Notes under the pieces: generated by a model
What the model was told of the DNA's origin: nothing
What the model saw: the letters and a program-made list of their open reading frames with translations, nothing else
Databases searched by the model: none
NCBI GenBank assembly: GCA_045632285.1
Contig: JAZQWJ010000051.1
Location: 7,955 to 71,954, forward strand
Source of the DNA: Eubacteriales bacterium
GTDB lineage: Bacteria; Bacillota; Clostridia; Oscillospirales; CAG-272
Direction: 5' to 3'
Length of the DNA stretch: 64,000 nucleotides
Shown: piece after piece, positions 1 to 10,226 of the stretch
Layout: every line of letters starts with the position of its first letter
Numbering within the stretch: the stretch's first letter is position 1
Program-made: the position numbers and the translations under genes

Positions 1-72
1 TGTGCGGTGCAAATACCCCCACAAATCAAAATTTGAAATCGAAATCACTACATAATAAAAGGAGAAAAAGCT

Positions 73-1317
73 ATGAAAATCATCAAAATAGGCATCTTCG
101 GTCTTGGACGCGGCAGCAGTTTTTACAAGAATATTATGGCAAACAACGCCGAGATCGTGGCCGTATGCGACAGGGATGCCGCAAAGCTGGAGGAGGCCAA
201 AAAGCATCTGGGACAGGATCTTGCGACCTATACCGATTTTGATGCCTTTATCGAACACGAGGGTATGGAGGCCGTATTCCTTTGCAACTTCTTCCATCAG
301 CACGCCCCCTTTGCCATCAAGGCGCTGGAGCGCAATATCCACGTGCTTTCGGAATGTACCGCCAACGGCACCATGGCCGAGGGCGTGGCTCTGGTGCGCG
401 CCGCGGAAAAGAGCAAAGCGATCTATGCCCTTGCCGAAAACTATCCTTATATGAGATTTAATCAGGAAATGAAGCGCGTCTTTGCAAGCGGCACCCTTGG
501 CAAGCTGCTTTTTGCGGAGGGAGAGTACAACCATCCCGTTGACCCTGCCGACGTCAAATACATCAAGGAGCTCCGTCCCTATGCCAAGCATTGGCGCAAT
601 TTTCTGCCTCGCACCTATTACGTGACCCACTCTCTCGCGCCGCTGATGTATATCACGGGTGCCACCCCTGTGCGCGTTACCGCCATGCCTGTTTATTACT
701 CCTTTGAAAAGGAAGGGCTGATGGGTCTTGCCGTGGGTGACCGCGCCGCCATCATCACCTGTCTCAACGACGATGACTCTGTTTTCCGCGTCACGGGCTG
801 TGCCGCCTTCGGTGCGCACGAAAATTCCTACCGCATTTGCGGAACCAAGGGGCAGGTGGAAAACGTCCGCGGCGAGGAAAAGATCCTGCTGCGCTACAAC
901 AAGTGGGATGTGCCGGAGGGCGGACACAGCACGTCTGTTTATAAGCCCGATTGGTTGGACAAGGACAGAGCCTTGATCGAAAAGGCGGGACACGGCGGCG
1001 GTGACTTTTTTGTGATCCGCGAATTCCTTGACTGCATCCGCGAAAACAAAAAGCCGGTGTTTGACGTTTATGCCGCTACCACGATGGCTTCGGTAGGTAT
1101 TCTGGCGCACCGCAGTCTGCTGGAGCGCGGTATGCCTTACGACATTCCCGATTTCAGACGGGAGGAGGATCGTATGAAGTACGAAAACGATCATCTTTCT
1201 CCCTTCTGGGGCCCCAACGGAGAGGAGCCGACCCTGCGCGCATCCTCTCGCCCGGAGGATCACCCTTCTGCTGAGAAGATGGCGGCTTACGACAAATATA
1301 TGGAAGAGATCAACTGA
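73..1317 (+). CDS. Gfo/Idh/MocA family NAD(P)-dependent oxidoreductase
   Basis: 414-aa ORF. N-terminal Rossmann-type segment KIGIFGLGRGS and the family-typical EGEYNHP region. AAGGAG RBS about 8 nt upstream of the ATG. Confidence 0.8.
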   Translation: MKIIKIGIFGLGRGSSFYKNIMANNAEIVAVCDRDAAKLEEAKKHLGQDLATYTDFDAFIEHEGMEAVFLCNFFHQHAPFAIKALERNIHVLSECTANGTMAEGVALVRAAEKSKAIYALAENYPYMRFNQEMKRVFASGTLGKLLFAEGEYNHPVDPADVKYIKELRPYAKHWRNFLPRTYYVTHSLAPLMYITGATPVRVTAMPVYYSFEKEGLMGLAVGDRAAIITCLNDDDSVFRVTGCAAFGAHENSYRICGTKGQVENVRGEEKILLRYNKWDVPEGGHSTSVYKPDWLDKDRALIEKAGHGGGDFFVIREFLDCIRENKKPVFDVYAATTMASVGILAHRSLLERGMPYDIPDFRREEDRMKYENDHLSPFWGPNGEEPTLRASSRPEDHPSAEKMAAYDKYMEEIN

Positions 1318-1325
1318 AAAGTAAA

Positions 1326-1357
1326 GGGCAGAGCGCAATGCGCTCTGCCCTGTTTTT
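1326..1357 (+). terminator. Rho-independent terminator after the oxidoreductase gene
   Basis: Perfect 11-bp stem GGGCAGAGCGC / GCGCTCTGCCC with loop AAT, followed by TGTTTTT. Confidence 0.8.
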
Positions 1358-1400
1358 ATATGGCTAAAGAACCTGTGAAAGCTGGATGCGGAGCGAATGA

Positions 1401-1449
1401 AGCGAATAAAAACGCTTGATTTATGCAAAATGATGAATAAAGATACACA
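1401..1449. promoter_or_regulatory. Candidate distal ARG-box-like sites (ArgR/AhrC)
   Basis: GATGAATAAAGATACACA (1432-1449) and AGCGAATAAAAACGCTTG (1401-1418) partly match the Bacillus-type box CATGAATAAAAATTCAAG. My hand alignment gives about 13/18 and 11/18. Confidence 0.3.
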
Positions 1450-1528
1450 AAACAGATGGGTTTTTACGGACGGCACGGGCCAATATTGCCGAAAAAACAA
1501 TTTAATAAGATTATTTTTATAAAAGGCC

Positions 1529-1557
1529 TTGACAAGCGAAAAATAGTGCAGTATAAT
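1529..1557 (+). promoter_or_regulatory. Sigma-A promoter of the arg operon
   Basis: TTGACA (1529-1534), 17-nt spacer, TATAAT (1552-1557). Sits about 50 nt upstream of argG. Confidence 0.75.
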
Positions 1558-1578
1558 AATGCGCATAACAAGAAAACT

Positions 1579-1596
1579 TGTGAATATTTATTCGCG
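1579..1596. promoter_or_regulatory. Near-consensus ARG box (ArgR operator) in the argG 5' UTR
   Basis: TGTGAATATTTATTCGCG matches the 18-nt consensus TNTGAATWWWWATTCANW at 16/18 positions. It lies between the -10 box and the argG RBS. Confidence 0.55.
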
Positions 1597-1606
1597 GAGG
1601 CACATT

Positions 1607-2830
1607 ATGGATAAGAATAACATCAAAAAAGTCGTTTTGGCCTATTCGGGCGGTCTGGATACGTCCATCATCATCCCGTGGCTGAAAGAGAATTATAACA
1701 ACTGCGAGGTCATTGCGGTTTCGGGTAACGTTGGACAGGCTGACGAGCTGGAGGGCCTGGAGGAAAAGGCCATCAAGACCGGTGCTTCTAAGTGCTACGT
1801 GCTGGATCTGACCGACGATTACGTTGACAATTATATCATCCCCTGCGTAAAGGCAGGCGCCATTTACGAGGAGTATCTGCTTGGCACCAGCCACGCCCGC
1901 CCTTGCATTGCCAAGGCGTTGGTCGACGTTGCCATCAAGGAGGGCGCAGACGCCATTGCTCACGGCTGCACCGGCAAGGGTAACGATCAGGTGCGCTTTG
2001 AGCTGACCATCAAGCGCTTTGCACCCGATATGCCCATCATCGCCCCCTGGCGTGAGTGGACCATCAAGTCCCGTGAGGAGGAGATCGACTATGCAGAGGC
2101 GCACAACGTGCCCCTGAAGATCAACCGCGAGACCAACTATTCCAAGGATAAGAACCTGTGGCATCTCTCTCACGAGGGTCTGGATCTGGAGGATACCGGC
2201 AACGAGCCTAAGTACGAAAAGCCCGGCTTCCTTGAGATGGGCGTTTCTCCCATCAACGCACCCGACGTGCCCACCTACGTAGAGCTGGAGTTCGAGCAGG
2301 GCAAGCCCGTTGCACTGAACGGCGAGAAGATGAGCGCCAAGAACATCATTCTTGCGCTGAACAAGATCGGTGGCGAGAACGGCATCGGCCTTTTGGACAT
2401 CGTGGAGAACCGCCTTGTCGGTATGAAGTGCCGCGGCGTGTACGAGACCCCCGGCGGAGCCATCCTTTACAAGGCGCACAGCGTGCTGGAGACCCTTTGC
2501 CTTGACAAGTACACCATGCACGAAAAGCAGAAGCTGGCCGTGACCTACGGTGAGCTGGTCTACAACGGTCAGTGGTTCACCCCCCTGCGCGAGGCACTTG
2601 CCGCATTTGTTGACAAGACCCAGGAGCGCGTCAGCGGTAAGGTGCGCCTTAAGCTCTACAAGGGCAATATGATCAACGCAGGCGTATGGAGCCCCTATAC
2701 CCTGTACAGCGAGGAGATCGCTACCTTTGGCGAGAGCAATTATAACCAGAAGGACGCAGAGGGCTTTATCAACCTCTTTGGCCTGCCGATCCAGGTGCAG
2801 GCAATGTCCGATATGGGCAAGCTGAAATAA
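1607..2830 (+). CDS. argG: Argininosuccinate synthase
   Basis: N-terminus [20 protein letters not shown] (the [12 protein letters not shown]-binding motif). GGAGG RBS before the ATG at 1607. The track ORF starts earlier at 1559 without an RBS. Confidence 0.95.
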   Translation: MDKNNIKKVVLAYSGGLDTSIIIPWLKENYNNCEVIAVSGNVGQADELEGLEEKAIKTGASKCYVLDLTDDYVDNYIIPCVKAGAIYEEYLLGTSHARPCIAKALVDVAIKEGADAIAHGCTGKGNDQVRFELTIKRFAPDMPIIAPWREWTIKSREEEIDYAEAHNVPLKINRETNYSKDKNLWHLSHEGLDLEDTGNEPKYEKPGFLEMGVSPINAPDVPTYVELEFEQGKPVALNGEKMSAKNIILALNKIGGENGIGLLDIVENRLVGMKCRGVYETPGGAILYKAHSVLETLCLDKYTMHEKQKLAVTYGELVYNGQWFTPLREALAAFVDKTQERVSGKVRLKLYKGNMINAGVWSPYTLYSEEIATFGESNYNQKDAEGFINLFGLPIQVQAMSDMGKLK

Positions 2831-2923
2831 TAAAAGCGGAGACCGCTTCGCTTATGACCAAGGACTGCCGTATTTTTGCGGCAGTCCTATGGTGTTCAAA
2901 AGGGAGCTTTAGGAGATAGAAAA

Positions 2924-4297
2924 ATGGCAAAAATGTGGGCGGGGAGGACCGCGGGCGACACCGATCGCGTGGCGGACGATTTCAATTCCTCCATTCACTT
3001 TGACAGCAGAATGTATAAGCAGGATATCACGGGCAGTATGGCGCACGCTGCCATGCTTGCAAAGCAGGGGATCATCACCGAGGCCGAGGCGGCACAGCTG
3101 ATCGACGGCCTTGCCGGCATCCTTTCCGATCTGGATAGCGGTGCTTTGGAGATCGATATGACTGCCGAGGATATCCATATGTTTGTCGAGCAGGTGCTGA
3201 CCGAGCGGCTGGGCGACGTGGGCAAAAAGCTTCACACTGCAAGATCCCGCAACGATCAGGTGGCGCTGGACGTCCGGATGTATCTGCGCGAGGAGACCGA
3301 CGGTATTATGGCACAGCTTCGCACGTTGCTTTCGGTGCTTTGCGACAGTGCCGAGCAATATCAGGCTACCATCATGCCGGGCTATACCCATCTGCAGCGT
3401 GCCCAGCCCATCACCTTTGGTCATTGGCTGATGGCCTATGCCATGATGCTGCTGCGCGATCTTGACAGGCTTTCTGACTGTCGCCGCCGCATCAACGTAT
3501 CTCCCATCGGCTGTTGCGCGCTGGCGGGCACCACCTACAACACCGACCGCCGCTTTGAGGCGGAGCGCCTTGGGTTTGACGGCATCTGCCGCAATTCTCT
3601 GGACGGCGTTTCCGACCGTGATTTCTGCCTTGAATTCATGTCCGCCTGCTCGGTGATGATGATGCACCTTTCCCGTATGTCAGAGGAGATCATTTTGTAT
3701 TCCAGCTGGGAGTTTGCCTTTATCGAGCTGTCGGATGCTTATACCACGGGCTCTTCTATTATGCCGCAAAAGAAAAACTCGGATATGGCCGAGCTGATCC
3801 GCGGCAAGACAGGGCGCGTGTACGGCGATCTGATGGCGCTGCTTACCACCTTAAAGGGTTTGCCCCTTGCCTATAACAAGGATATGCAAGAGGATAAGGA
3901 GAGCCTGTTTGACGCGGTGGATACCGTGAAAATGTGCCTTGCGGTGTTGACGCCGATGCTGAAGACCATGACCGTTAAGCCCCAAAATATGAAAAAAGCG
4001 GCACAGGGCGGCTTTATCAACGCCACCGACTTGGCCGATTATCTGGTGGGCAAGGGGATTCCCTTCCGCACCGCATACAAGATCTCCGGCAGCCTGGTTG
4101 CCCATTGCATCAAGGAAGGCACCGTGTTGGAGGAGCTGCCGCTTGAGGTCTATCGCACCTACAGCGAACTGTTTGACGAAACGCTGTATGATGCCATTGA
4201 CCTGACCGCCTGTGTCGAGCGTCGCATTTCCGAGGGTGGTACCTCTGCTGCATCTGTGCGGGCGCAGATCGCCTACGTAAAGGAGCAACTGCAATGA
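2924..4297 (+). CDS. argH: Argininosuccinate lyase
   Basis: Begins MAKMWAGR. Carries the fumarate-lyase signature region GSSIMPQKKN. AGGAG RBS 8 nt upstream of the ATG at 2924. Confidence 0.95.
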   Translation: MAKMWAGRTAGDTDRVADDFNSSIHFDSRMYKQDITGSMAHAAMLAKQGIITEAEAAQLIDGLAGILSDLDSGALEIDMTAEDIHMFVEQVLTERLGDVGKKLHTARSRNDQVALDVRMYLREETDGIMAQLRTLLSVLCDSAEQYQATIMPGYTHLQRAQPITFGHWLMAYAMMLLRDLDRLSDCRRRINVSPIGCCALAGTTYNTDRRFEAERLGFDGICRNSLDGVSDRDFCLEFMSACSVMMMHLSRMSEEIILYSSWEFAFIELSDAYTTGSSIMPQKKNSDMAELIRGKTGRVYGDLMALLTTLKGLPLAYNKDMQEDKESLFDAVDTVKMCLAVLTPMLKTMTVKPQNMKKAAQGGFINATDLADYLVGKGIPFRTAYKISGSLVAHCIKEGTVLEELPLEVYRTYSELFDETLYDAIDLTACVERRISEGGTSAASVRAQIAYVKEQLQ

Positions 4298-5214
4298 CAA
4301 AAGTATTTATTGACGGCTCTGCCGGCACCACGGGTCTGCGCATTCACGAGCGCTTGGCCGCGCGCGCCGATCTGGAGCTTTTGATCCTGCCGGAGGAGGC
4401 GCGCAAGGACCCCACCGCCCGCCGTGATATGCTGAAGGCGGCCGATATCGCGTTTCTCTGTCTGCCTGATGCCGCCGCTATCGAGGCCGTTGCACTGGCC
4501 GAGGGCTGTAACGTGCGGATCATTGACACCTCTACCGCGCACCGCGTCGATCCCAATTGGGTCTACGGCTTTGCTGAGCTGACGGGATACGATAAGATCG
4601 CCGCAGCCACGCGCGTGGCCAATCCCGGCTGCCACGCCAGCGGATTTTTGGCGCTGACCACGCCCCTTGTGCGGGCGGGACTTTTGAAAAGTGATGCCGC
4701 GCTTACCTGCTTTTCGCTGACCGGCTACTCGGGCGGCGGAAAAAAGATGATCGCCGATTATGAGGGAGAGGGCAGAGATGCGCTTTTAAAGGGTCCCCGT
4801 CAGTATGCTCTGGGGCAAAGCCATAAGCATCTGCCTGAGATGGTGCAGATCGCGGGCCTTTCAAGCGCCCCTGTGTTCTGTCCTATCGTAGGGGATTTTT
4901 ACAGCGGTATGGAAGTGACCGTTCCGGTTTTTGCAAAGGATCTGATGGGCACTGTTGAGGAGCTTAAGGCCGTATACCGTGAGACCTACAAGCGCGGACT
5001 TGTTCGCTTTACCGAGGATGAGGGAGAAGGCGGCTTTTTGTCGGCCTCTGCTTTTTCGGGCAGAGATGATATGGAGTTGCGTGTTGCGGGCAACGGCGAC
5101 CGTATATTGCTGGTGGCTCGCTTTGACAACCTCGGCAAGGGCGCCTCGGGTGCCGCCATTCAAAATATGAACGTGATGCTTGGTGCCAACGAGACCACCG
5201 GGCTGGTCGTATAA
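4294..5214 (+). CDS. argC: N-acetyl-gamma-glutamyl-phosphate reductase (short form)
   Basis: 306 aa. Overlaps the argH stop by 4 nt (ATGA). Has the GCHASG active-site cysteine context and an FDNLGKGASGAA C-terminal motif. Confidence 0.85.
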   Translation: MTKVFIDGSAGTTGLRIHERLAARADLELLILPEEARKDPTARRDMLKAADIAFLCLPDAAAIEAVALAEGCNVRIIDTSTAHRVDPNWVYGFAELTGYDKIAAATRVANPGCHASGFLALTTPLVRAGLLKSDAALTCFSLTGYSGGGKKMIADYEGEGRDALLKGPRQYALGQSHKHLPEMVQIAGLSSAPVFCPIVGDFYSGMEVTVPVFAKDLMGTVEELKAVYRETYKRGLVRFTEDEGEGGFLSASAFSGRDDMELRVAGNGDRILLVARFDNLGKGASGAAIQNMNVMLGANETTGLVV

Positions 5215-5227
5215 AGGAGAAAAAAGT

Positions 5228-6442
5228 ATGAAGATCATTTCCGGCGGCGTTTGTGCCGCAAAGGGCTTTAAAGCAAACGGCATTCACTGCGGCATTCGCA
5301 AAAACCGCACCAAAAAGGATCTGGCGCTGATCGTCAGTGACGTGCGTGCTTCTGCCGCTGCTGTTTACACCACCAATCTGGTCAAGGGCGCACCCCTGAC
5401 CGTAACCAAGCAGCATATTGCCGACGGCTTTGCACAGGCAGTGATCTGCAACAGCGGAAACGCCAACACCTGCAACGCCAATGGCATCGAGATCGCGGAA
5501 AAAATGAGCGAGCTGGTGGCAAAGGAGCTGAACATTGCCGCCACCGACGTGGTGGTCGCCTCCACCGGTGTGATCGGCCAGCCCCTGAATATCGAGCCCA
5601 TTGCAAACGGTCTGCCCGCGCTTGCCGCAGGGCTTTCCGCAAATGGCGGCGAGGCTGCTGCAGAGGGCATTATGACCACCGATACCGTGAAAAAGGAGAT
5701 TGCCATCGAGTTCGAGATCGGCGGCAAGACCTGCCGCCTTGGCGGTATTGCCAAGGGCAGCGGTATGATCCACCCCAATATGGCAACGATGCTGGTGTTT
5801 ATTACCACCGACGTGGCCATTTGTGCCGCTATGCTGGAAAAGGCACTGAAGCATGACGTGCAGAATACCTTTAATATGACCAGTGTGGACGGAGATACCT
5901 CTACCAACGATATGGTCACCGTGCTGGCAAACGGTATGGCAGGCAATGCCGAGATCACCGAGGACGGCGCAGATTTTAGAGCGTTTATGAAGGCGCTGAA
6001 CACCGTAACCGTTCACCTCTGCCGCGAGATCGCGGGCGACGGTGAGGGTGCCACAAAGCTGTTGGAGTGCAAGGTCAGCGGCGCGGCAGACGACAAAACT
6101 GCCAAGACGGTCGCAAAGAGCGTGATCTGCTCCAGCCTTTTAAAGGCGGCTATGTTTGGCGCGGATGCCAACTGGGGTCGTGTGCTGTGCGCCATCGGCT
6201 ACAGCGGTGCTGACGTAGACGTGAACAAGGTTGACGTGTCCTTCCGCTCTCCCAAGGGCACCGTGGTCGTTTGCAAGAACGGTGCGGGTGTGGAATTCTC
6301 TGAGGAGATCGCAAAAGAGATCCTGCTGGAGCGTGAGATCGAGATCCTGATCGGGCTGAACAGCGGTGATTTTGACGCAACCGCCTTTGGCTGCGACTTG
6401 ACGTATGATTACGTCAAAATAAATGGAGACTATCGCACCTGA
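5228..6442 (+). CDS. argJ: Bifunctional ornithine acetyltransferase / N-acetylglutamate synthase
   Basis: Starts MKIISGGVCAAKGFKANG. Self-cleavage site context GMIHPNMATMLVFITTD and C-terminal YVKINGDYRT. AAAGGAG RBS. Confidence 0.95.
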   Translation: MKIISGGVCAAKGFKANGIHCGIRKNRTKKDLALIVSDVRASAAAVYTTNLVKGAPLTVTKQHIADGFAQAVICNSGNANTCNANGIEIAEKMSELVAKELNIAATDVVVASTGVIGQPLNIEPIANGLPALAAGLSANGGEAAAEGIMTTDTVKKEIAIEFEIGGKTCRLGGIAKGSGMIHPNMATMLVFITTDVAICAAMLEKALKHDVQNTFNMTSVDGDTSTNDMVTVLANGMAGNAEITEDGADFRAFMKALNTVTVHLCREIAGDGEGATKLLECKVSGAADDKTAKTVAKSVICSSLLKAAMFGADANWGRVLCAIGYSGADVDVNKVDVSFRSPKGTVVVCKNGAGVEFSEEIAKEILLEREIEILIGLNSGDFDATAFGCDLTYDYVKINGDYRT

Positions 6443-7162
6443 TACGAAATAAGCGGCGCGATGCGTCGTTGCTCCTCGCAGGCGAACTCGACGATCGTCA
6501 AGATCGCCGTTGCCCGTCTGCTGCGGTGCGCCTAGCCTCGCTTGCTTCTTTCGCCTCAGGGCATAGCCGGAGATGCGAGATAAGCGGCGCATAGCTGTGT
6601 TCTTTTTAAAAGTTTTGGCCTCGCTTTTTCAAAAGCGAGCGGGCGCATGTCAACTTGCCTGCGGCAAATAACTTGCCTGCGGCAAGTAGGATAACTTTGG
6701 CTTGCCGAGCAACGGCTCGGCATTTTGCCACGCAAAACCGCCAAACTTACGGCGGCGCCCCATATACGGCATGTTCTTTTTGCTAGCTTTTCATCTTTCT
6801 AAGCTCGCCGTTGGCGAGCAAACGGAGATTTTGCAACGGCTAAGCCGTTGATTTGCAAGCAAATTACCAAAATCTCTTGTGCCTTACATAGGCAAAAGAA
6901 AAAGCGACTAAGGAGGCTTGATTTGCTCAAAACAGCGTAGCCGCAAAGCTTTTCAACCTCCATAGCCACTTTTTCTTTGACGGAAGAAGCCGCAAAGAAA
7001 AAGTTATCAAAAAGAAACGGCGTTTTCGTGGGCTCTGCCCACACCCGCGACCTTTTGAAAAAGGTCGATCAAAACCTTCCCCAAGCGCACGCCGCTCCGC
7101 GAAGGCATATGACGAATAAGTGCCCTAACGGTACGAAAAAACACATATTTTAAGAGGAAATC
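6443..7162. repeat. Non-coding spacer densely packed with short perfect hairpins, splitting the arg cluster
   Basis: 720 nt with no credible ORF. At least nine distinct inverted repeats of 5-9 bp: 6620-6639, 6671-6687, 6703-6722, 6738-6755, 6803-6819, 6834-6850, 6851-6864, 6880-6894, 7048-7067. The 15-mer ACTTGCCTGCGGCAA is repeated at 6653 and 6671. Confidence 0.7.
6468..6546. repeat. Copy A of a dispersed ~78-nt intergenic repeat
   Basis: GTTGCTCCTCGCAGGCGAACTCGACGATCGTCAAGATCGCC...GCGGTGCGCCTAGCCTCGCTTGC aligns without gaps to 12299-12377. About 69 of 78 positions are identical by hand alignment. Confidence 0.75.
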
Positions 7163-8041
7163 ATGAACATCGACAATCATTTTTCCAACGCGCAGCGCGC
7201 CGAGGTGTTGACCCAAGCGCTGCCCTATATCAAAAAATATCACGGCAAGGTCATCGTTGTAAAATACGGTGGAAACGCTATGATCAATCAGCATCTCAAG
7301 GAGCAGGTGATGGAGGATATCGCCCTGCTTTGGTTGATCGGCGTCAAGGTGGTGCTGGTGCACGGCGGCGGCCCCGAGATCAATGAGGTGATGAACAAAT
7401 TTGGCAAACAGCCGGAATTTGTAGACGGCCTGCGCGTGACGGATAAAGAGACCGTGGATATCGTGCAGATGGTGCTGGCGGGCAAGGTCAACAAATCGCT
7501 GGTCACGCTGCTGCAGATGAAGGGCGGTCACGCCGTGGGCCTTTCGGGTATTGACGGCGGCTTGATCGAGGCAAGGGTCAAGGACGAGCGCCTTGGCTTT
7601 GTGGGTAAGATCACCAAGATCCGTCCTCAGCCCATTCAAAGCCTGCTGGAAAACAATTATATCCCCGTGGTATCTACTGTGGCCAGCGACAAGCAGGGCA
7701 ACGTGTATAACATCAACGGTGACACTGCCGCCGCTTATATTGCGGGGGCGTTGGGCGCGGAACGCCTGATCATGATGACGGATATCGCAGGCATCCTGCG
7801 CGACAAGGACGATCCCTCTACGTTGATCCCGCACATCACGATCAGCGAGGCTACCAAGCTGTATGAAGAGGGCGTGATCTCGGGCGGCATGATACCCAAG
7901 GTGGATTGCTGTATCGAGGCGTTGCGCCGCGGTGTGAAGGACGTGACCATTATGGATGGCCGTGTGCCGCACTCCATTTTGATGGAGCTGCTCACAGACG
8001 AGGGCGCAGGCACGATGGTGAAGGGAGAGCGCGATGAGTAA
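7163..8041 (+). CDS. argB: Acetylglutamate kinase
   Basis: 292 aa. Motifs VVKYGGNAM and LVHGGGPEI are typical of the amino-acid kinase family member ArgB. AAGAGGA RBS. Confidence 0.95.
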   Translation: MNIDNHFSNAQRAEVLTQALPYIKKYHGKVIVVKYGGNAMINQHLKEQVMEDIALLWLIGVKVVLVHGGGPEINEVMNKFGKQPEFVDGLRVTDKETVDIVQMVLAGKVNKSLVTLLQMKGGHAVGLSGIDGGLIEARVKDERLGFVGKITKIRPQPIQSLLENNYIPVVSTVASDKQGNVYNINGDTAAAYIAGALGAERLIMMTDIAGILRDKDDPSTLIPHITISEATKLYEEGVISGGMIPKVDCCIEALRRGVKDVTIMDGRVPHSILMELLTDEGAGTMVKGERDE

Positions 8042-9197
8042 GCTGCAGGAGCTGGATCGGCAATATGTTGCGGGCACCTATGCGCGCTTTCCCGTAGAGA
8101 TCGTGCGCGGCAAGGGCTCTTTGGTCTATGATACCGAGGGCAAGGAATATATCGATATGGGCACCGGCATCGGCGTGACTGCCTTTGGCGTTTGTGACGA
8201 TGCTTGGCAAGCTGCAGTGATCGGGCAGCTTGGTCGTGTGCAGCATACCTCTAACCTGTATTATACCGAGCCCTGCGCCAAGCTTGCAGAGCTGTTATGT
8301 ACCAAAACGGGTTTGAAAAAAGTGTTTTTTGGCAATTCGGGAGCCGAGGCCAACGAGTGCGCCATCAAGGTGGCACGCAAATATGCCGCCGAGAAAAAAG
8401 GCCCTGAATACAACGTGATCGTGACCCTGAAAAACAGCTTTCACGGCCGCACGCTCACCACTTTGGCTGCCACCGGGCAAGAGCATTATCACGAGTTGTT
8501 TCAGCCCCTTACCCCCGGCTTTGTGCACGTGGAGGCAGGAAATATCGACGAGCTTTTGCAGACCGTGGCCGACTGTAAGGTGGCAGGTATTCTGATCGAG
8601 TGCATTCAGGGCGAGGGCGGTGTCAACGTGGTAGACGGTGATTATATCCGCGCTGTGGCGGCTCTGTGTGAAAAAGAGGACATCGTCTTTATGGTAGACG
8701 AGGTGCAGACCGGAAACGGCCGCACCGGCCGGCTGTATGCTTATATGAACTTTGGCGTGACCCCCGATGTGGTCACCACGGCCAAGGGTCTTGGCGGCGG
8801 ATTGCCCATCGGCGCTTGCCTGCTTGGCGAGAAGGTGGAGGGCGTGTTAGGGTTTGGAGACCACGGCTCAACCTACGGTGGAAACCCTGTTGCCAGTGCG
8901 GGCGCGTGCAGCGTGATCTCTCGTATTGACGACAGTCTGCTTGCCGACGTGCGCCAAAAAAGCGCATACGTGTTTGATATTTGCAAGCACGCCCCCGGCG
9001 TGAAGTCGGTCAGCGGCCTTGGACTGATGATCGGCCTTGAGACCGAAAAGCCCGCAGGCGAGATCGTGAAGGCCTGTATTGAAAAGGGCGTTTTGTGTTT
9101 GACGGCCAAGAGCAAGGTGCGCTTGCTGCCCGCGCTCAATATCCCTATGGAGCAATTGAAAAAAGCAATCGAGATCATTTTGGATTGCTGCAAATGA
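8034..9197 (+). CDS. argD: Acetylornithine aminotransferase (class III PLP)
   Basis: 387 aa. Overlaps argB by 8 nt. Motifs FFGNSGAEANE, DEVQTGNGRTG and the TTAKGLGGG PLP-lysine region. Confidence 0.9.
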   Translation: MSKLQELDRQYVAGTYARFPVEIVRGKGSLVYDTEGKEYIDMGTGIGVTAFGVCDDAWQAAVIGQLGRVQHTSNLYYTEPCAKLAELLCTKTGLKKVFFGNSGAEANECAIKVARKYAAEKKGPEYNVIVTLKNSFHGRTLTTLAATGQEHYHELFQPLTPGFVHVEAGNIDELLQTVADCKVAGILIECIQGEGGVNVVDGDYIRAVAALCEKEDIVFMVDEVQTGNGRTGRLYAYMNFGVTPDVVTTAKGLGGGLPIGACLLGEKVEGVLGFGDHGSTYGGNPVASAGACSVISRIDDSLLADVRQKSAYVFDICKHAPGVKSVSGLGLMIGLETEKPAGEIVKACIEKGVLCLTAKSKVRLLPALNIPMEQLKKAIEIILDCCK

Positions 9198-9206
9198 GGA
9201 GTTACT

Positions 9207-10193
9207 ATGAACTTGAAAGGTAAAAGCTTTTTAAAGCTGTTGGATCTGACCCCCGAGGAGATCGGCGGTCTGATCGATCTTGCTGCTGAGTTGAAGGCAA
9301 AGAAAAAGGCGGGCATTCCCCACCGTCTTTGCGAGGGCAAGAGCATTGCACTGATTTTTGAAAAGACCAGCACCCGTACCCGCTGTGCCTTTGAGGTGGC
9401 TGCCGCCGATCTTGGTATGCATCCCACCTATCTGGATCCCTCCGGATCTCAGATCGGCAAAAAGGAGAGCATCCCCGATACCGCCCGCGTGCTTGGCCGT
9501 ATGTATGACGGCATCGAGTACCGCGGCTTTGGTCAGGAGATCGTAGAAAGTCTGGCAAAATATGCGGGCGTGCCTGTGTGGAACGGCCTGACCAACGAGT
9601 TTCATCCCACCCAGATCCTGGCCGATTTTTTGACCATTCGTGAGCATTTTGGCGAGCTGAAGGGTAAAAAGCTGGTGTATCTGGGCGATGCGCGCTATAA
9701 CATGGGCAACTCGCTGATGGTGGGCTGCGCCAAGATGGGTATGCATTTTGTGGCCGCCGCCCCCAAGAAATATTGGCCCGAGGCCGCCCTTGTGGCAGAG
9801 TGCAAGGCCATTGCTAAGGAGACCGGTGCGACCATTGCCTTTGAGGAGGACCCCAAGGCAGCCGTGGTGGGTGCCGACGTGCTTTATACCGACGTGTGGG
9901 TATCGATGGGCGAGCCCAAGGAGATCTTTGCCGAGCGCATTCGTGATCTCAGCCCTTACCGCGTGACCAAAGAGTTGATGGATATTGCCGGCGCGCAGTG
10001 CCGCTTTATGCACTGTCTGCCCGCCTTCCACGATCTTGGCACCGTGATCGGCCGCGAGATCCACCAGCAGTTTGGCATTGACTGCATGGAGGTCACCGAC
10101 GAGGTGTTTGAAAGCGAGCGCTCGATCGTGTTTGACGAGGCTGAAAACCGTATGCACACCATCAAGGCCGTGATGGCGGCAACCTTGGTGTAA
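9207..10193 (+). CDS. argF: Ornithine carbamoyltransferase
   Basis: 328 aa. Motifs STRTR, HPTQ and HCLPA. Confidence 0.95.
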   Translation: MNLKGKSFLKLLDLTPEEIGGLIDLAAELKAKKKAGIPHRLCEGKSIALIFEKTSTRTRCAFEVAAADLGMHPTYLDPSGSQIGKKESIPDTARVLGRMYDGIEYRGFGQEIVESLAKYAGVPVWNGLTNEFHPTQILADFLTIREHFGELKGKKLVYLGDARYNMGNSLMVGCAKMGMHFVAAAPKKYWPEAALVAECKAIAKETGATIAFEEDPKAAVVGADVLYTDVWVSMGEPKEIFAERIRDLSPYRVTKELMDIAGAQCRFMHCLPAFHDLGTVIGREIHQQFGIDCMEVTDEVFESERSIVFDEAENRMHTIKAVMAATLV

Positions 10194-10226
10194 GAGCAGG
10201 CGCCTTGCATGCTTGGCCATATAAAG

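Noticed and set aside
2831-2923. A terminator or attenuator between argG and argH (hairpin GGACTGCCG...CGGCAGTCC at about 2863-2889).
   Set aside because: The hairpin is real, but no U-tract follows it and argH has no separate promoter. It is more likely a processing or stability structure within the operon, and not enough to call a regulatory feature.
6799-7044. An 81-aa minus-strand ORF inside the argJ-argB spacer as a real small protein.
   Set aside because: It has no RBS and a low-complexity phenylalanine/serine/leucine-rich sequence generated by the hairpin arms. It overlaps several palindromes that read similarly on both strands.
6443-7162. Possible CRISPR array or tRNA-like genes in the hairpin-rich spacer.
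   Set aside because: The hairpins all differ in sequence and have irregular spacing, so there is no constant repeat alternating with unique spacers. No cas genes are in the window. No cloverleaf-compatible arrangement or conserved T-loop (GTTCRANYC) was seen.
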